Shown in pieces: positions 17,338 to 26,421 of a DNA stretch of 32,820 nucleotides; position 1 is the first letter of the stretch; the number at the start of each line of letters is the position of its first letter. A model generated the notes under the pieces. It was not told the origin of the DNA. It did not search any database and worked only from the letters and a program-made list of their open reading frames with translations. Position numbers and translations under genes: made by a program. The stretch is taken from positions 1 to 32,820 of the forward strand of contig DSDS01000011.1 in assembly GCA_011048585.1 (NCBI GenBank), given 5' to 3'. Source of the stretch: Desulfurivibrio alkaliphilus. Its GTDB lineage: Bacteria > Desulfobacterota > Desulfobulbia > Desulfobulbales > Desulfurivibrionaceae.

Positions 17338-18192
17338 TCACCTGACCCCCGGCTTTTTGCGCCGGGGGGGTTGACCGAGTTTCCGGCAGAAGCGGGCGAT
17401 CGCCTCGAAATAGAGCCGGTCCACCCGCTCGATGATATTGTTGTGATCGGCCCCCGGCACAATCTGAAACTCCTTGCTCTGCGACCCGCAACTGGCCTGG
17501 AGAGCTTCGGCCAGGGCCACCGGAATCAGTTGATCGTGCTGGGCATGGAGAATATAGGTGGGCTTGGTGAAGAAAGCGATCTTCTGCACATTACAGAATC
17601 CGTCGGCCTCGCTGGTCAGACCGCAACTCCCCACATCAACCCCCAGGGCAAGTAGCAGGGGGATGGTGTGGGAGATTCCGCTTTCGATGATCAGTCCATC
17701 CACCAGCTCGGGAGCGGCGGCAGCCGCCAGATCGATGGCCGCCACACTACCCAGCGACCGGCCCATCACGGCCAGATGGCCGGTTTTCCCCTCCTGCCGC
17801 AGCGTTTCCCGAACCAGGGGTAAAAGCTGATGGGCGTCACGAATCATACCGCGCACCGTGGGCTCGCCGCCGGCTCGGCCGTAGCCGCGATATTCGGCCA
17901 CCACCAGGTTGAGTCCCGCCTGGTTGAAGCGGGGCGCCAGCTCGTCGTAATCGGCGGCCACCTCACCGTTGCCGTGGAAAAAGAGAATGTTGACCGCCCC
18001 CGGTTCCGTTGCCCCCAGATGGTAGCGCAGCGGTAGCCGCACCCCCTTCTCCACCTCCACCTCCCGCTCAAACGAGCCCGCCGGAGGGTGGACCCAGTCG
18101 GCACGGGGGCAGAAGAGGGCGGACCGCACCGCCGGCTGTTCCAGTTTCTCATAAGTCATGGTTCTAATATCCATTTCGCTGTCACCCTGCAA
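17338..18192 (-). CDS. Alpha/beta fold hydrolase
   Basis: FFHGNGE, YRGYG, GRSLG nucleophile elbow, HAQHDQLIP, GADHN. Confidence 0.92.
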   Translation of the reverse strand: MQGDSEMDIRTMTYEKLEQPAVRSALFCPRADWVHPPAGSFEREVEVEKGVRLPLRYHLGATEPGAVNILFFHGNGEVAADYDELAPRFNQAGLNLVVAEYRGYGRAGGEPTVRGMIRDAHQLLPLVRETLRQEGKTGHLAVMGRSLGSVAAIDLAAAAAPELVDGLIIESGISHTIPLLLALGVDVGSCGLTSEADGFCNVQKIAFFTKPTYILHAQHDQLIPVALAEALQASCGSQSKEFQIVPGADHNNIIERVDRLYFEAIARFCRKLGQPPRRKKPGVR

Positions 18193-18195
18193 TGT

Positions 18196-19362
18196 TTATG
18201 ATGCCGCCGGAGCGGGAATCAATTCGATTAAAGTTACTTCCGGTGGGGCCAGGAAGCGGATCGGCGGCCCCCAGGTTCCGGTCCCCCGTCCCACATAGAG
18301 ATAGCGGCCGTCGGCGGCTACGCTGAGGCCGGTGGAAACCCTATAGGCCAACCAGGTAAAAAGGTTGAAAGGAAAAATCTGGCCCCGGTGAATATGGCCG
18401 GAAAGCTGCAAGTCCACCAGCCCTCCCGGCACCACCCTCGGTTGATGCCGGAGCAGGATATTAAAGGTCTCTTCGGGCAACAGCGCCAGCAATTCCTCCT
18501 CCTGGCCCGGCGGGGTGAGCCCCAGCCGCTCTCCGGTAATATCATCCACTCCCGCCACCGTCAACCAGGGAGTGACCCGGGACAATTCGCCGCGCAGCAC
18601 GGTAAAGCCGGCACTCTCGTGAAAATCTAAGGAGGCGGTCGCGCCCACGTAAAATTCGTGATTGCCCAGGATGGCAAATTTGCCCAGCGGGGTCTTAAGC
18701 CTGCGGAACTGCTCCGCCAGCGGGGCGATACCATCCCCCTGCCCATCGACGATATCACCGGTGGCCAGCAGCAGATCCGGCCGGGCCTGGGCCACCACCG
18801 CAAGCATCCTCTCCAGACGCCTTTCCCGGACGATCAGGCCAAGGTGGATATCGGTAATCTGAACGATCCGCACCACCCCCTCCGCCGGGGGCAACTTGTC
18901 GCTGACAATCCGCACCTGCTCCAGGCGGATATCGAGCGCTTCCCGGTAACCATAAGCACAACCGGCGACGGCGGCAAGAAAGGCCAGCCAAAAAACAGCG
19001 GCCGGAGCCGGAACCCGGGCCGGCCAGCGGGAGGTCGCGACACCGGGCAACGCCAGTTTGGGCGGCCCGGCCAGGCGGATCCGCAACAGCCGCAGAGCAT
19101 CCAGCATCAGCGCCACAACGGTGAATAAATAGAGAAACCCCATCCAGCCAAAACCGAGATGGGCCAGGAGCGTGGCCGCCACTGCCCCGCCCTCCCGCTC
19201 CAGCAGCCGCACCAGCACCGGGGCCAGAATCATCAGAAGCAGGAAAAGGCCGACCATCGCCCTCCCAGCCCCCAAATTGGGCAGAGCCCCGCGCAGCCGC
19301 CAATAAAAATAGCAGTGCATGGCCCCGTAAATTAGCAAAAAAGCGGACAGCAAGAGCAACAT
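18196..19362 (-). CDS. Membrane-anchored metallophosphoesterase (YkuE/YaeI-like)
   Basis: N-terminal TM helices, then TDIH, TGDIVD, GNHE, HQP, SGHIHRGQ, GTWGPPIR. Confidence 0.92.
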   Translation of the reverse strand: MLLLLSAFLLIYGAMHCYFYWRLRGALPNLGAGRAMVGLFLLLMILAPVLVRLLEREGGAVAATLLAHLGFGWMGFLYLFTVVALMLDALRLLRIRLAGPPKLALPGVATSRWPARVPAPAAVFWLAFLAAVAGCAYGYREALDIRLEQVRIVSDKLPPAEGVVRIVQITDIHLGLIVRERRLERMLAVVAQARPDLLLATGDIVDGQGDGIAPLAEQFRRLKTPLGKFAILGNHEFYVGATASLDFHESAGFTVLRGELSRVTPWLTVAGVDDITGERLGLTPPGQEEELLALLPEETFNILLRHQPRVVPGGLVDLQLSGHIHRGQIFPFNLFTWLAYRVSTGLSVAADGRYLYVGRGTGTWGPPIRFLAPPEVTLIELIPAPAAS

Positions 19363-19401
19363 GGAATTTAATCGCCAAGTTTAATTTTTCCGGCCCTCCC
19401 G

Positions 19402-19430
19402 TTGCTTTACACCCTTGGAACGGGTAGAAT
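19402..19430 (+). promoter_or_regulatory. Sigma70-type promoter for the nitroreductase
   Basis: TTGCTT-17 bp-TAGAAT. Confidence 0.55.
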
Positions 19431-19512
19431 GCGCTTGCAGCGCAAGCCCCGGCGCGGCCGGCCCAGGTCGGTAGCCCGGGACTTTTCTTTACTTTCACTC
19501 GGGAAAACAAGC

Positions 19513-20313
19513 ATGGAACTGATCAACGTCGACCGGAGCAAATGCAAACGGGACGGTATCTGTATATCCGAATGCCCCTTCAGCCTGATCGGAGAAAGTG
19601 AGGATGGCGGTTATCCGGTGGCCCGCAAGGCCGCTCCCCGCATCTGCATCGACTGCGGCCATTGCCTGGCGGTCTGCCCCCACGGCGCCCTTACCTTTAA
19701 GGGCCAGGGACCGGAGAGTTGCCTGCCCCTGGACCGCAAGCTTAACCCCACTCCGGAAGCGGCGGCCCAGTTCCTGCGGAGCCGGCGCTCCATCCGCACC
19801 TACAAGGATAAGCCGGTTCCCCGGGAAGTTCTGGAGCAGCTGCTGGATATCAGCCGCTGGGCGCCATCGGCCAAGAACGCCCAGCCTACCAAGTGGCTGG
19901 TGATTGAATCGACCGCCGAGGTCCGCAGGCTGATCGGTCTGGTGGTTGAGTGGTTGCGGGAAAACGGCTCCTTCCCCGGGGTGGTCGCCGCCTGGGATCT
20001 GGCTGAGCGGGATCTGGTGCTGCGGGGCGCGCCCCATCTGGTGATCGCCTACGCTTCGGAAAAGGCGCTGAAGCCGGAGATCGACTGCACCATCGCTCTC
20101 ACCTACCTGGACCTGGCCGCCCACGGCATGGGGGTCGGCACCTGTTGGGCCGGAATCTTCCTGGGCGCCATCTTCAACAACTACCTGCCCCTGATCGAAG
20201 CCCTCGGGCTCCCGGAAAACCACCGGGTCCACGGCGCCCTGATGCTGGGCTACCCCAAGTACCGCTATCAGCGCATCCCGCAAAGAAAAGCGACGGACGC
20301 CATCTGGCGCTGA
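19513..20313 (+). CDS. Nitroreductase family protein with N-terminal 4Fe-4S ferredoxin domain
   Basis: CKRDGICISECP, CIDCGHCLAVCP, RRSIRTY, APSAKNAQP, GVGTCWAG. Start placed at MELINVD. Confidence 0.92.
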   Translation: MELINVDRSKCKRDGICISECPFSLIGESEDGGYPVARKAAPRICIDCGHCLAVCPHGALTFKGQGPESCLPLDRKLNPTPEAAAQFLRSRRSIRTYKDKPVPREVLEQLLDISRWAPSAKNAQPTKWLVIESTAEVRRLIGLVVEWLRENGSFPGVVAAWDLAERDLVLRGAPHLVIAYASEKALKPEIDCTIALTYLDLAAHGMGVGTCWAGIFLGAIFNNYLPLIEALGLPENHRVHGALMLGYPKYRYQRIPQRKATDAIWR

Positions 20314-20381
20314 CAACGTCCGCCCCAACGGCAGGAACGGGCAGCCCCGGCGGGACGGACGGTTTCTTACCCGCCTGCAAC

Positions 20382-21050
20382 CTAAATGGTCAAGTCGTTG
20401 CGAACCGCTTTCCGAGGGCCGCCATGGCCGGCGGGGCGCCAGTCACGGATGGGGGCCACCCGATCAAGCTCCGCTTTCTGCTCAAAACGGCTGAGACGGT
20501 CGTGGATCGCCTGCCAGATGCAGGGAATTTCCCGATGAATCTCGCAGCGACCATCCACCGAACCGCCGCAGGGGCCGTTCATCAGGCTTTTGGCGCAACG
20601 GGCCACCGGACAGAGGCCACCAGTGAGGTGCAACACACAATCACCGCAGCCGGCGCACTGCTCGCTCCATTCCCCCTGGAGGGCGGAGCCGCCGAAAAAG
20701 CTGGTGTTGACCGCCGGATAAACCTTGTCGGCGGGGCGCAGATTGGCGATGAAATTCACGCCGACTCCGCAGGCCATGGAGACAATGGCGTCATACTGCC
20801 CCTGCCAGCGGTCGATCTCATCGACATACTCCTTGTCACACTGGCGCACCAGGGTGGCCCCCTCAACCTGGACCTGCTGGCCGGCCTGCTTCTTGCCCAA
20901 CCGGATCAGGGAGCAGAGCAGCTCCACCTCCCGCTCGCCGCCGGCGGAGCAGACCGAAACGCAACCCCGACAACCCAAAACCAGGATCCGCTCGGCATCC
21001 CGGACCATTGCCACTATCTCGTTAATCGGCTTACGCTCAGCGATAATCAT
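20382..21050 (-). CDS. metV: MetV-type methylene-THF reductase subunit (MTHFR C-terminal domain protein)
   Basis: MIIAERKP, GCRGCVSVCSAGG, RQCD, MACGVGV, CAGCGDC, CPVARCAKSLMNGPCGGS, CIW. Confidence 0.85.
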   Translation of the reverse strand: MIIAERKPINEIVAMVRDAERILVLGCRGCVSVCSAGGEREVELLCSLIRLGKKQAGQQVQVEGATLVRQCDKEYVDEIDRWQGQYDAIVSMACGVGVNFIANLRPADKVYPAVNTSFFGGSALQGEWSEQCAGCGDCVLHLTGGLCPVARCAKSLMNGPCGGSVDGRCEIHREIPCIWQAIHDRLSRFEQKAELDRVAPIRDWRPAGHGGPRKAVRNDLTI

Positions 21051-21469
21051 GATTTATCCCCCTTGAACGGGCTGGGGCCCAGCTTAGTTACCTGGTCGTT
21101 CAACTCCTGGACCACCTGCACGAACTCGGGGTGAAAACCCCGCTCCAGGTGATGAAAAGCGATCCTGGCCTCCTCGGCCCCCAACTCAGCCAGAGCTTTC
21201 CGCACCGCCCCCACCCGGCGGGCGGCCCGTTGGCTGCCCATCAGGTTGTGGCACTCATCGGGTTTGCACCCCACCACGCAAACTCCGTCGGCCCCGTTCT
21301 CGAAGGCCTGGAGCAGGACGGAAACCTTGAGTTTACCGCCGCAGGCCAAGCGGTTGATGGTGGCGTTGACCGGGAAACCGTCGGCGGCCAGGCCCTCCTT
21401 GCCTTCGGCGCAAGCCTGCTGGGAGGTGTAATGACAACAAAAAACTTGAATATCCGGAGTAAAAGCCAT
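21047..21469 (-). CDS. mvhD: MvhD/FlpD-type [2Fe-2S] protein
   Basis: VFCC, RLACGGK, AFENGADGVCVVGCKPDECH, LGPSPF. ATGA overlap with metV. Confidence 0.85.
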   Translation of the reverse strand: MAFTPDIQVFCCHYTSQQACAEGKEGLAADGFPVNATINRLACGGKLKVSVLLQAFENGADGVCVVGCKPDECHNLMGSQRAARRVGAVRKALAELGAEEARIAFHHLERGFHPEFVQVVQELNDQVTKLGPSPFKGDKS

Positions 21470-21486
21470 CTCTATTACCTCCCCGC

Positions 21487-22053
21487 TCAGCGGCTGGCGC
21501 CGCAGGCGGCGATCAGGCGCTCGTCGGCGGATTCGTTAAGTTGAATGGCGGCGGCCGGGCATTCCGTCGAGCAGATCCCGCAGGCTCGGCATTCCCGGGG
21601 ATCGATATAGGCCTTGCCACCCTGGTCGATTACCGGGATCCGCCAGGGACAGACCCGCACGCAGGTGAGGCAGGACACGCACTCATCACGCTCCACCCAG
21701 GCGGCCTTGCCTTTGTCCAGCAGATCCTGGTCACTGACCAGTCCCTGCTCCAGGGCCAGCTTGCGCAGGGCCCCGACGATCTCGGCAAAGCGCACATCCT
21801 GGGGGCAGACAAAAACGCAGTTCTGGCAGCTGGAACAGTACCAGAGCAGATCCGAGGTGAGCAAGCGCTCCTTAAGACCCATCCGAATCATATGGATCAT
21901 CCTTCTGGGGTCGAAATCCGGGATCGCCTGGCTGACCGGGCAGGCGCCGCTGCAGGCGCCGCAGGAGTAGCAGCGATTCAGGTACTGGCCGCCGGGCTGG
22001 GCCGTGACCTCGGCACTGAAGGTCGTATTGATCTCTTTGCTGGTAACTGTCAT
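21487..22053 (-). CDS. HdrC-like 2x[4Fe-4S] domain fused to a second 4Fe-4S dicluster domain
   Basis: CYSCGACSGACP, FDPRRMIHMIRMG, LWYCSSCQNCVFVCPQDV, then CVSCLTCVRVCP and CRACGICSTECP. Confidence 0.88.
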   Translation of the reverse strand: MTVTSKEINTTFSAEVTAQPGGQYLNRCYSCGACSGACPVSQAIPDFDPRRMIHMIRMGLKERLLTSDLLWYCSSCQNCVFVCPQDVRFAEIVGALRKLALEQGLVSDQDLLDKGKAAWVERDECVSCLTCVRVCPWRIPVIDQGGKAYIDPRECRACGICSTECPAAAIQLNESADERLIAACGASR

Positions 22054-22144
22054 GAGTAGTCCCCTGTAACAAAATATTGAAACGGGACGCCGGGCCTTGT
22101 CAAACCCCGCCCCGCCGCCGTAGCTGGAGCCAAATCAGACGCGG

Positions 22145-22173
22145 ATGCTACCGAAAAATCGCCGCCTTGTCAA
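22145..22173 (-). promoter_or_regulatory. Sigma70-type promoter for hdrC-mvhD-metV; a second TTGACA lies at 22098-22103
   Basis: Minus strand TTGACA-17 bp-TAGCAT. TTGACAAGGC is repeated 70 bp downstream with a weaker -10. Confidence 0.55.
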
Positions 22174-22223
22174 CCACAAGCCGGTCACAAGCCGGCCAGG
22201 CCGCTGCGGCGAAGTCGATAAAA

Positions 22224-23252
22224 CTAGACCAGGAAACGGAACTCCCCTTTGCCGATCATATCCTGGAGGTGGAGAATACCGACCAGTCGCCGTTCACCGT
22301 CGGTAACCGGCAGCACCGTCACTTCATGGTTCTGCATGATACTGAGGGCATCGGCGGCCAATAGGTCGGCGGCGATGCTTTTGGGCGCGGCGGTCATCAC
22401 CTCCGCAAGGGTCGGGGCGTTGCCGGCCGTACCCTGCCCACCTCCGGCCACCATCCGCCGCAGATCCCCGTCGGTGAGGATCCCCAGCATCTCCTGGTCA
22501 TCCGCCGCCATCACCAGCACCGCGCCCAGGTTTTTGCGGTTGAGCTCGGCCACAGCCTCGGCCAGGGTGGCGCTGATCCGCACCCTGGGAATCTCGGCTC
22601 CGGTCAGCATCACCTCGGAAACCCGGACCTTGAGTCGTTCGCCCAGGCTGCCGCCGGGGTGATTGCGGCGGAAATCGCAGGCATCGAACTTCTTGCGATT
22701 GAGCAGAACCACCGCCAGGGCATCACCCAGGGCCAGCGAAGCGGTGGTGCTGGCGGTGGGAGCCAGCCCCAAGGGGCAGGCCTCCCGGGGCACAGCCACA
22801 GTCAGCACCGCGTCGGCCCCGGAAGCCAGGCTGGATTCCCGGCGGCCGGTCATGGCGATAATCCCCGCCCCCCGTTTTTTCAGGGTGGGCAGGAGCATAT
22901 TCAGCTCCGCCGTCTCGCCGCTATAGGAGATGGCCAATATCACATCCCGGGGATCGACAATCCCCAGATCCCCATGCATCGCCTCCACCGGGTGAAGGAA
23001 AAAAGCCGGGGTACCGGTGGAGTTGAGGGTGGCGGCGATCTTCTGGCCGATAATGCCCGATTTGCCGATCCCGGTAACAATCAGTCGGGTGGGACAGGCC
23101 ATGATCATCTCCACCGCCCGCTCGAAATCCTCCCCCACCTGCTCGATTACCGCCAGGATCCCTTCGGCCTCCAGGCGCAATACCTCGCGGGCCTGGGCAA
23201 TGCCGGTGGTGATTGCCGTGGTCGTCTCAGCCATCGTCGCGTCCGGACTCAC
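22224..23252 (-). CDS. kdsD: D-arabinose-5-phosphate isomerase (KpsF/GutQ/KdsD; SIS + 2 CBS domains)
   Basis: TGIGKSG, FLHPVEAMHGDLG, ISYSGET, EACPLGLAPTAST, HPGGSLG, TDGDLRR. Confidence 0.94.
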   Translation of the reverse strand: MSPDATMAETTTAITTGIAQAREVLRLEAEGILAVIEQVGEDFERAVEMIMACPTRLIVTGIGKSGIIGQKIAATLNSTGTPAFFLHPVEAMHGDLGIVDPRDVILAISYSGETAELNMLLPTLKKRGAGIIAMTGRRESSLASGADAVLTVAVPREACPLGLAPTASTTASLALGDALAVVLLNRKKFDACDFRRNHPGGSLGERLKVRVSEVMLTGAEIPRVRISATLAEAVAELNRKNLGAVLVMAADDQEMLGILTDGDLRRMVAGGGQGTAGNAPTLAEVMTAAPKSIAADLLAADALSIMQNHEVTVLPVTDGERRLVGILHLQDMIGKGEFRFLV

Positions 23253-24457
23253 ACCAACTGCTCGGCAATGCCGACCGTGCGATCGCCAAGCATATTGGTA
23301 TAGCTGCCCAACTCGTTGTCGTACCAGCCGTAGATCACGGCCTGGGTCACCGGCACCTCCACCCGGTCGGGAGCACCACTGCAGTTGAACTGACCCAGGT
23401 TGACGCTGATATTGGCGGTGCGGGTGTGGGTTTCCCGGGCCTCGATCACCGCAGCGGCGGCGGGATTGCCCACGATGTCGCAGGAGACCAGCTGCTGTTC
23501 GGTGTATTGCAGGTAACTGGTTTTGCGAGAATAGTCGCTATAGATGGAGTTGATCAGCTCCCGCTGGATCGGTCGCTCGCCATCATCCTGGAAGTTGACC
23601 ACCAGGATGATCAGCGAGCCGCTGGAGGTGGGAATCCGCACCGATTCGGCGATAAAGCCGATCTTCTTCATCTCGGGGATCACCAGGGGCAGGGCCTTGG
23701 CCGCGCCGGTGGAGGTCAGGATAATGTTGTTGAGGATACTGCGACTCTTGCGCAGATCGGTGGCGCCGGCGGCGGGCACCCGATCCAGGACCGGCTGACT
23801 GCCGGTGACGGCATGGACCGTAACCATCGAGGCACTGAGGAACTTGTCGGCCCCGAAATAGTCCATCAATGGTTTGACCATGAAGGAGAGGCAAGTAGTG
23901 GTGCAGGAGGCGGCCGAAACCATGAGGTGACGGGAGGGATCATAATCGCCGTCGTTGATCCCCATCACGGTGGTTACTACATCCTCCGGCATCTCCAGCC
24001 CCTTCTGCTTGATCTTGAAGGGGGCCGAGAGGATCACCTTCTCCGCCCCGCCCTGAAGATGGCCGCGCAGAGAGCCTCCGGGGGAATCGGCATCGGCGGT
24101 GGGGTCGGTGAAGGCCCCGGTGGTGTCCACCACCAGCCGCACCCCGTTCTCCTTCCAGGCAATCCCCCGAGGATCTCGGGACTGACGCAGGACTTTGACC
24201 GGCGTGCCGTTGACCACCAGGCTCCCGGCGGCCTCGTCCAGCTGTTCAATCACCGAACCGGTGAACTTGCAGCCATGCAGATAGGGGCCCAGGCGCCCGT
24301 AGGTGCTGTCCCGCTCGATAATGCCGGCGATATCGTTGAGGGAGGTGCCAACTTCACGGCCGACATTGACCACGATTTCGGAAAAAAATTTACGGGAAAC
24401 ATGGTGCCAGAGTGAGAGTTTGCCGATTCGGCCCAGGCCGTTGATCCCTAACTTCAT
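23249..24457 (-). CDS. gap: Type I glyceraldehyde-3-phosphate dehydrogenase family protein (long variant)
   Basis: INGLGRIG, ASCTTTCL catalytic Cys, STGAAKA, WYDNE. Confidence 0.9.
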   Translation of the reverse strand: MKLGINGLGRIGKLSLWHHVSRKFFSEIVVNVGREVGTSLNDIAGIIERDSTYGRLGPYLHGCKFTGSVIEQLDEAAGSLVVNGTPVKVLRQSRDPRGIAWKENGVRLVVDTTGAFTDPTADADSPGGSLRGHLQGGAEKVILSAPFKIKQKGLEMPEDVVTTVMGINDGDYDPSRHLMVSAASCTTTCLSFMVKPLMDYFGADKFLSASMVTVHAVTGSQPVLDRVPAAGATDLRKSRSILNNIILTSTGAAKALPLVIPEMKKIGFIAESVRIPTSSGSLIILVVNFQDDGERPIQRELINSIYSDYSRKTSYLQYTEQQLVSCDIVGNPAAAAVIEARETHTRTANISVNLGQFNCSGAPDRVEVPVTQAVIYGWYDNELGSYTNMLGDRTVGIAEQLV

Positions 24458-24567
24458 CGTAAGCGATCTCCTTGGGATTAAATTGCTTGACTTAAGGTTA
24501 ACAGCGCTCCTTGCCTCCGTCAGGCGGCTTACGACCCCACCTAGCCAACAGAGAAAACGAATTGAAC

Positions 24568-24596
24568 ATTATACGAAAGGGGATCTCTTCAGGCAA
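24568..24596 (-). promoter_or_regulatory. Sigma70-type promoter for gap-kdsD
   Basis: Minus strand TTGCCT-17 bp-TATAAT. Confidence 0.65.
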
Positions 24597-24658
24597 GGAT
24601 AAAGTGGCGACTTAGGGAACAACCGGCAACGGGGAAGGGGGCTTGCGGCGGCGCGCGC

Positions 24659-24718
24659 AAAAAAGCCTTCGGGCCGGGGAGAGCCGTCAAACAGCTCCCT
24701 CTCCGATCCGAAGGCTTT
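24659..24718 (-). terminator. Intrinsic terminator after otr
   Basis: AAAGCCTTCGG (24662-24672) / CCGAAGGCTTT (24708-24718), with an A run on the left that is a U tract on the minus strand. Confidence 0.65.
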
Positions 24719-24739
24719 AATACTGCCTAGAGTTCTCTC

Positions 24740-26188
24740 TTACTTCTTGGAACGGGCGGCGCCCCTGTTTTTCATGGGGTCGCCCTCATAACCCAGCGCC
24801 TGCCAGTCAAGCCGGCCCTGGGGGCTGTGGCAATCATTGCACTTGAGCGCCTCCTTGGCCGGAGAGACCATATGGTTCAGCCGCCAGTACATGGTGGTGG
24901 ACGCGAAGGCGTACTCGCCGCTGTAGGCCAGACCGCTGGCTTCCGAACCGGCCTTGGCCGCGGCCTGCCAGTCAAAGCTTTTCCAGAAGGCGGCATCAGC
25001 ATCCTTGCCGGCGGGCCACACCTTGGGGATCAGCAGATAATTGTGCTTGGCATCATAGATCTGTTTGCCCTGGTGTTCCTTAAAGGGGTAGATTTTGGCC
25101 CGGCGATCGTTGATATCCCCATTGGGCCAGTTCAGCCTGGTGACCTGGGCCGGGTCGATCTTATCCCCCACGAGATAGGCTCCGCCGCTGCCGTTGTACC
25201 AGAGGTAAACGGGGGTTACATTCATGCCCCACTCAAAGTGGCCCTTCTTTTTGTCATAGGCGACCACCTCCTTCTCACCGAAGACCTGGGGAGGGACCTC
25301 AAGATCCTGGCCGGCGGTGGACCAGTCCCAAACCAGCTTGGTGGGAATGGTCTTGGCATAGGCGGGAATGTGGCAGGTCTGGCAGGCCACCGCGTCGACA
25401 TGCCTGTTGAGCAGGGCGTTCTTGTGAGGCGCCTCCTGGTGGCACTGGGTACAGGTAAGGGCGTTGGTGCCACCGGGCGAGGTCACCCTGGCGTGGCCCT
25501 TGATATTGTGTTTTTCGGTCTGATGGCAATCCTGGCAAGAGTAGTTCAGGCCGTCAACCCCCATGTGCACATCCACCGATCTGGGGTTGGTCGGGGTTTG
25601 GGAATCGATATCGCCATGCTTGACGTTGTCGCCACCGCCGCCGTAGCCGTGGCATGCCACGCAGTTGGCCTTGCCTGGAGCGCCGGCCTGTTGAGCAATC
25701 TTGACCAGGTCGACCTTTTTCTCGTCCAGCTTGGGGTCGCCGGTGTAGCCGAAGGGCATCCCCGCCGCCGAGGAGGGCTTAGCGTAAGTGCCGGTGGTAT
25801 CGTGACAAATCAGGCAGTCCACCCGGCTCTGATCGTTGAAATCGAAGGAGCTGTCCTCCCAACCGTAGCCGATATGGCAGCTGGTGCAACGGGGTTCATT
25901 GCCGCCACTGACCCCAATGCAGAAGTTGTTGATCGCGTTTTTTTTACCCAGATCCACCTTGCCCCGGCCCTCAATCTCCTGGACCAGAGACCAAGTCCAG
26001 TGACTGGTCTGCATCACATCACGGGCCGCGTCGGCGTGACAGTTCAGGCACTGCTTGGTTACCTCCATGGGGTTGGCGAACGGACCGGTGATGCTCTGGT
26101 GGGCCATATTGGCGCTCACTGTGGTGGCCACGGTTCCGACCAGGGCCGTTGCGGCCATCACTGCGTAAACCTTCCACACCCTCTTCAT
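24740..26188 (-). CDS. otr: Periplasmic octaheme c-type cytochrome, tetrathionate reductase (Otr) family
   Basis: Signal peptide. Eight CxxCH motifs (CLNCH, CTSCH, CLICH, CVACH, CQDCH, CTQCH, CQTCH, CNDCH). Family motifs HWTW, GKKNAINNFC, VKHGD, WDWSTAG, KIYPFK. Confidence 0.93.
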   Translation of the reverse strand: MKRVWKVYAVMAATALVGTVATTVSANMAHQSITGPFANPMEVTKQCLNCHADAARDVMQTSHWTWSLVQEIEGRGKVDLGKKNAINNFCIGVSGGNEPRCTSCHIGYGWEDSSFDFNDQSRVDCLICHDTTGTYAKPSSAAGMPFGYTGDPKLDEKKVDLVKIAQQAGAPGKANCVACHGYGGGGDNVKHGDIDSQTPTNPRSVDVHMGVDGLNYSCQDCHQTEKHNIKGHARVTSPGGTNALTCTQCHQEAPHKNALLNRHVDAVACQTCHIPAYAKTIPTKLVWDWSTAGQDLEVPPQVFGEKEVVAYDKKKGHFEWGMNVTPVYLWYNGSGGAYLVGDKIDPAQVTRLNWPNGDINDRRAKIYPFKEHQGKQIYDAKHNYLLIPKVWPAGKDADAAFWKSFDWQAAAKAGSEASGLAYSGEYAFASTTMYWRLNHMVSPAKEALKCNDCHSPQGRLDWQALGYEGDPMKNRGAARSKK

Positions 26189-26421
26189 GACTCTCCTCCC
26201 TTGCTACGTTCATTAAAAGAGATCCTGGCGGGGAACAGCAAACCGAGACCATGGCCGCAAAACAGCCAGATCCCACCGCCCCCGGGTTCCGGGCGACTAC
26301 CACCCTCTTTGCTCCATTTAGCCGGATTCTCTAATAATGTAAACAAAAAAAGAATATTCGTTCTTTGGTGGGGCAGGAAAAGATCATCACTTTATTGGTC
26401 CCGCTACCGGCCAAGATACAA

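Noticed and set aside
21047-21469. Selenocysteine recoding in MvhD or other Cys-rich genes
   Set aside because: All motif positions are Cys codons, and the TGA stops fall at natural protein ends or in ATGA/GTGA overlaps.
26236-26253. Sigma54 promoter upstream of otr (TGGTCTCGGTTTGC on the minus strand)
   Set aside because: The GG-to-GC spacing is 9 nt rather than the required 10.
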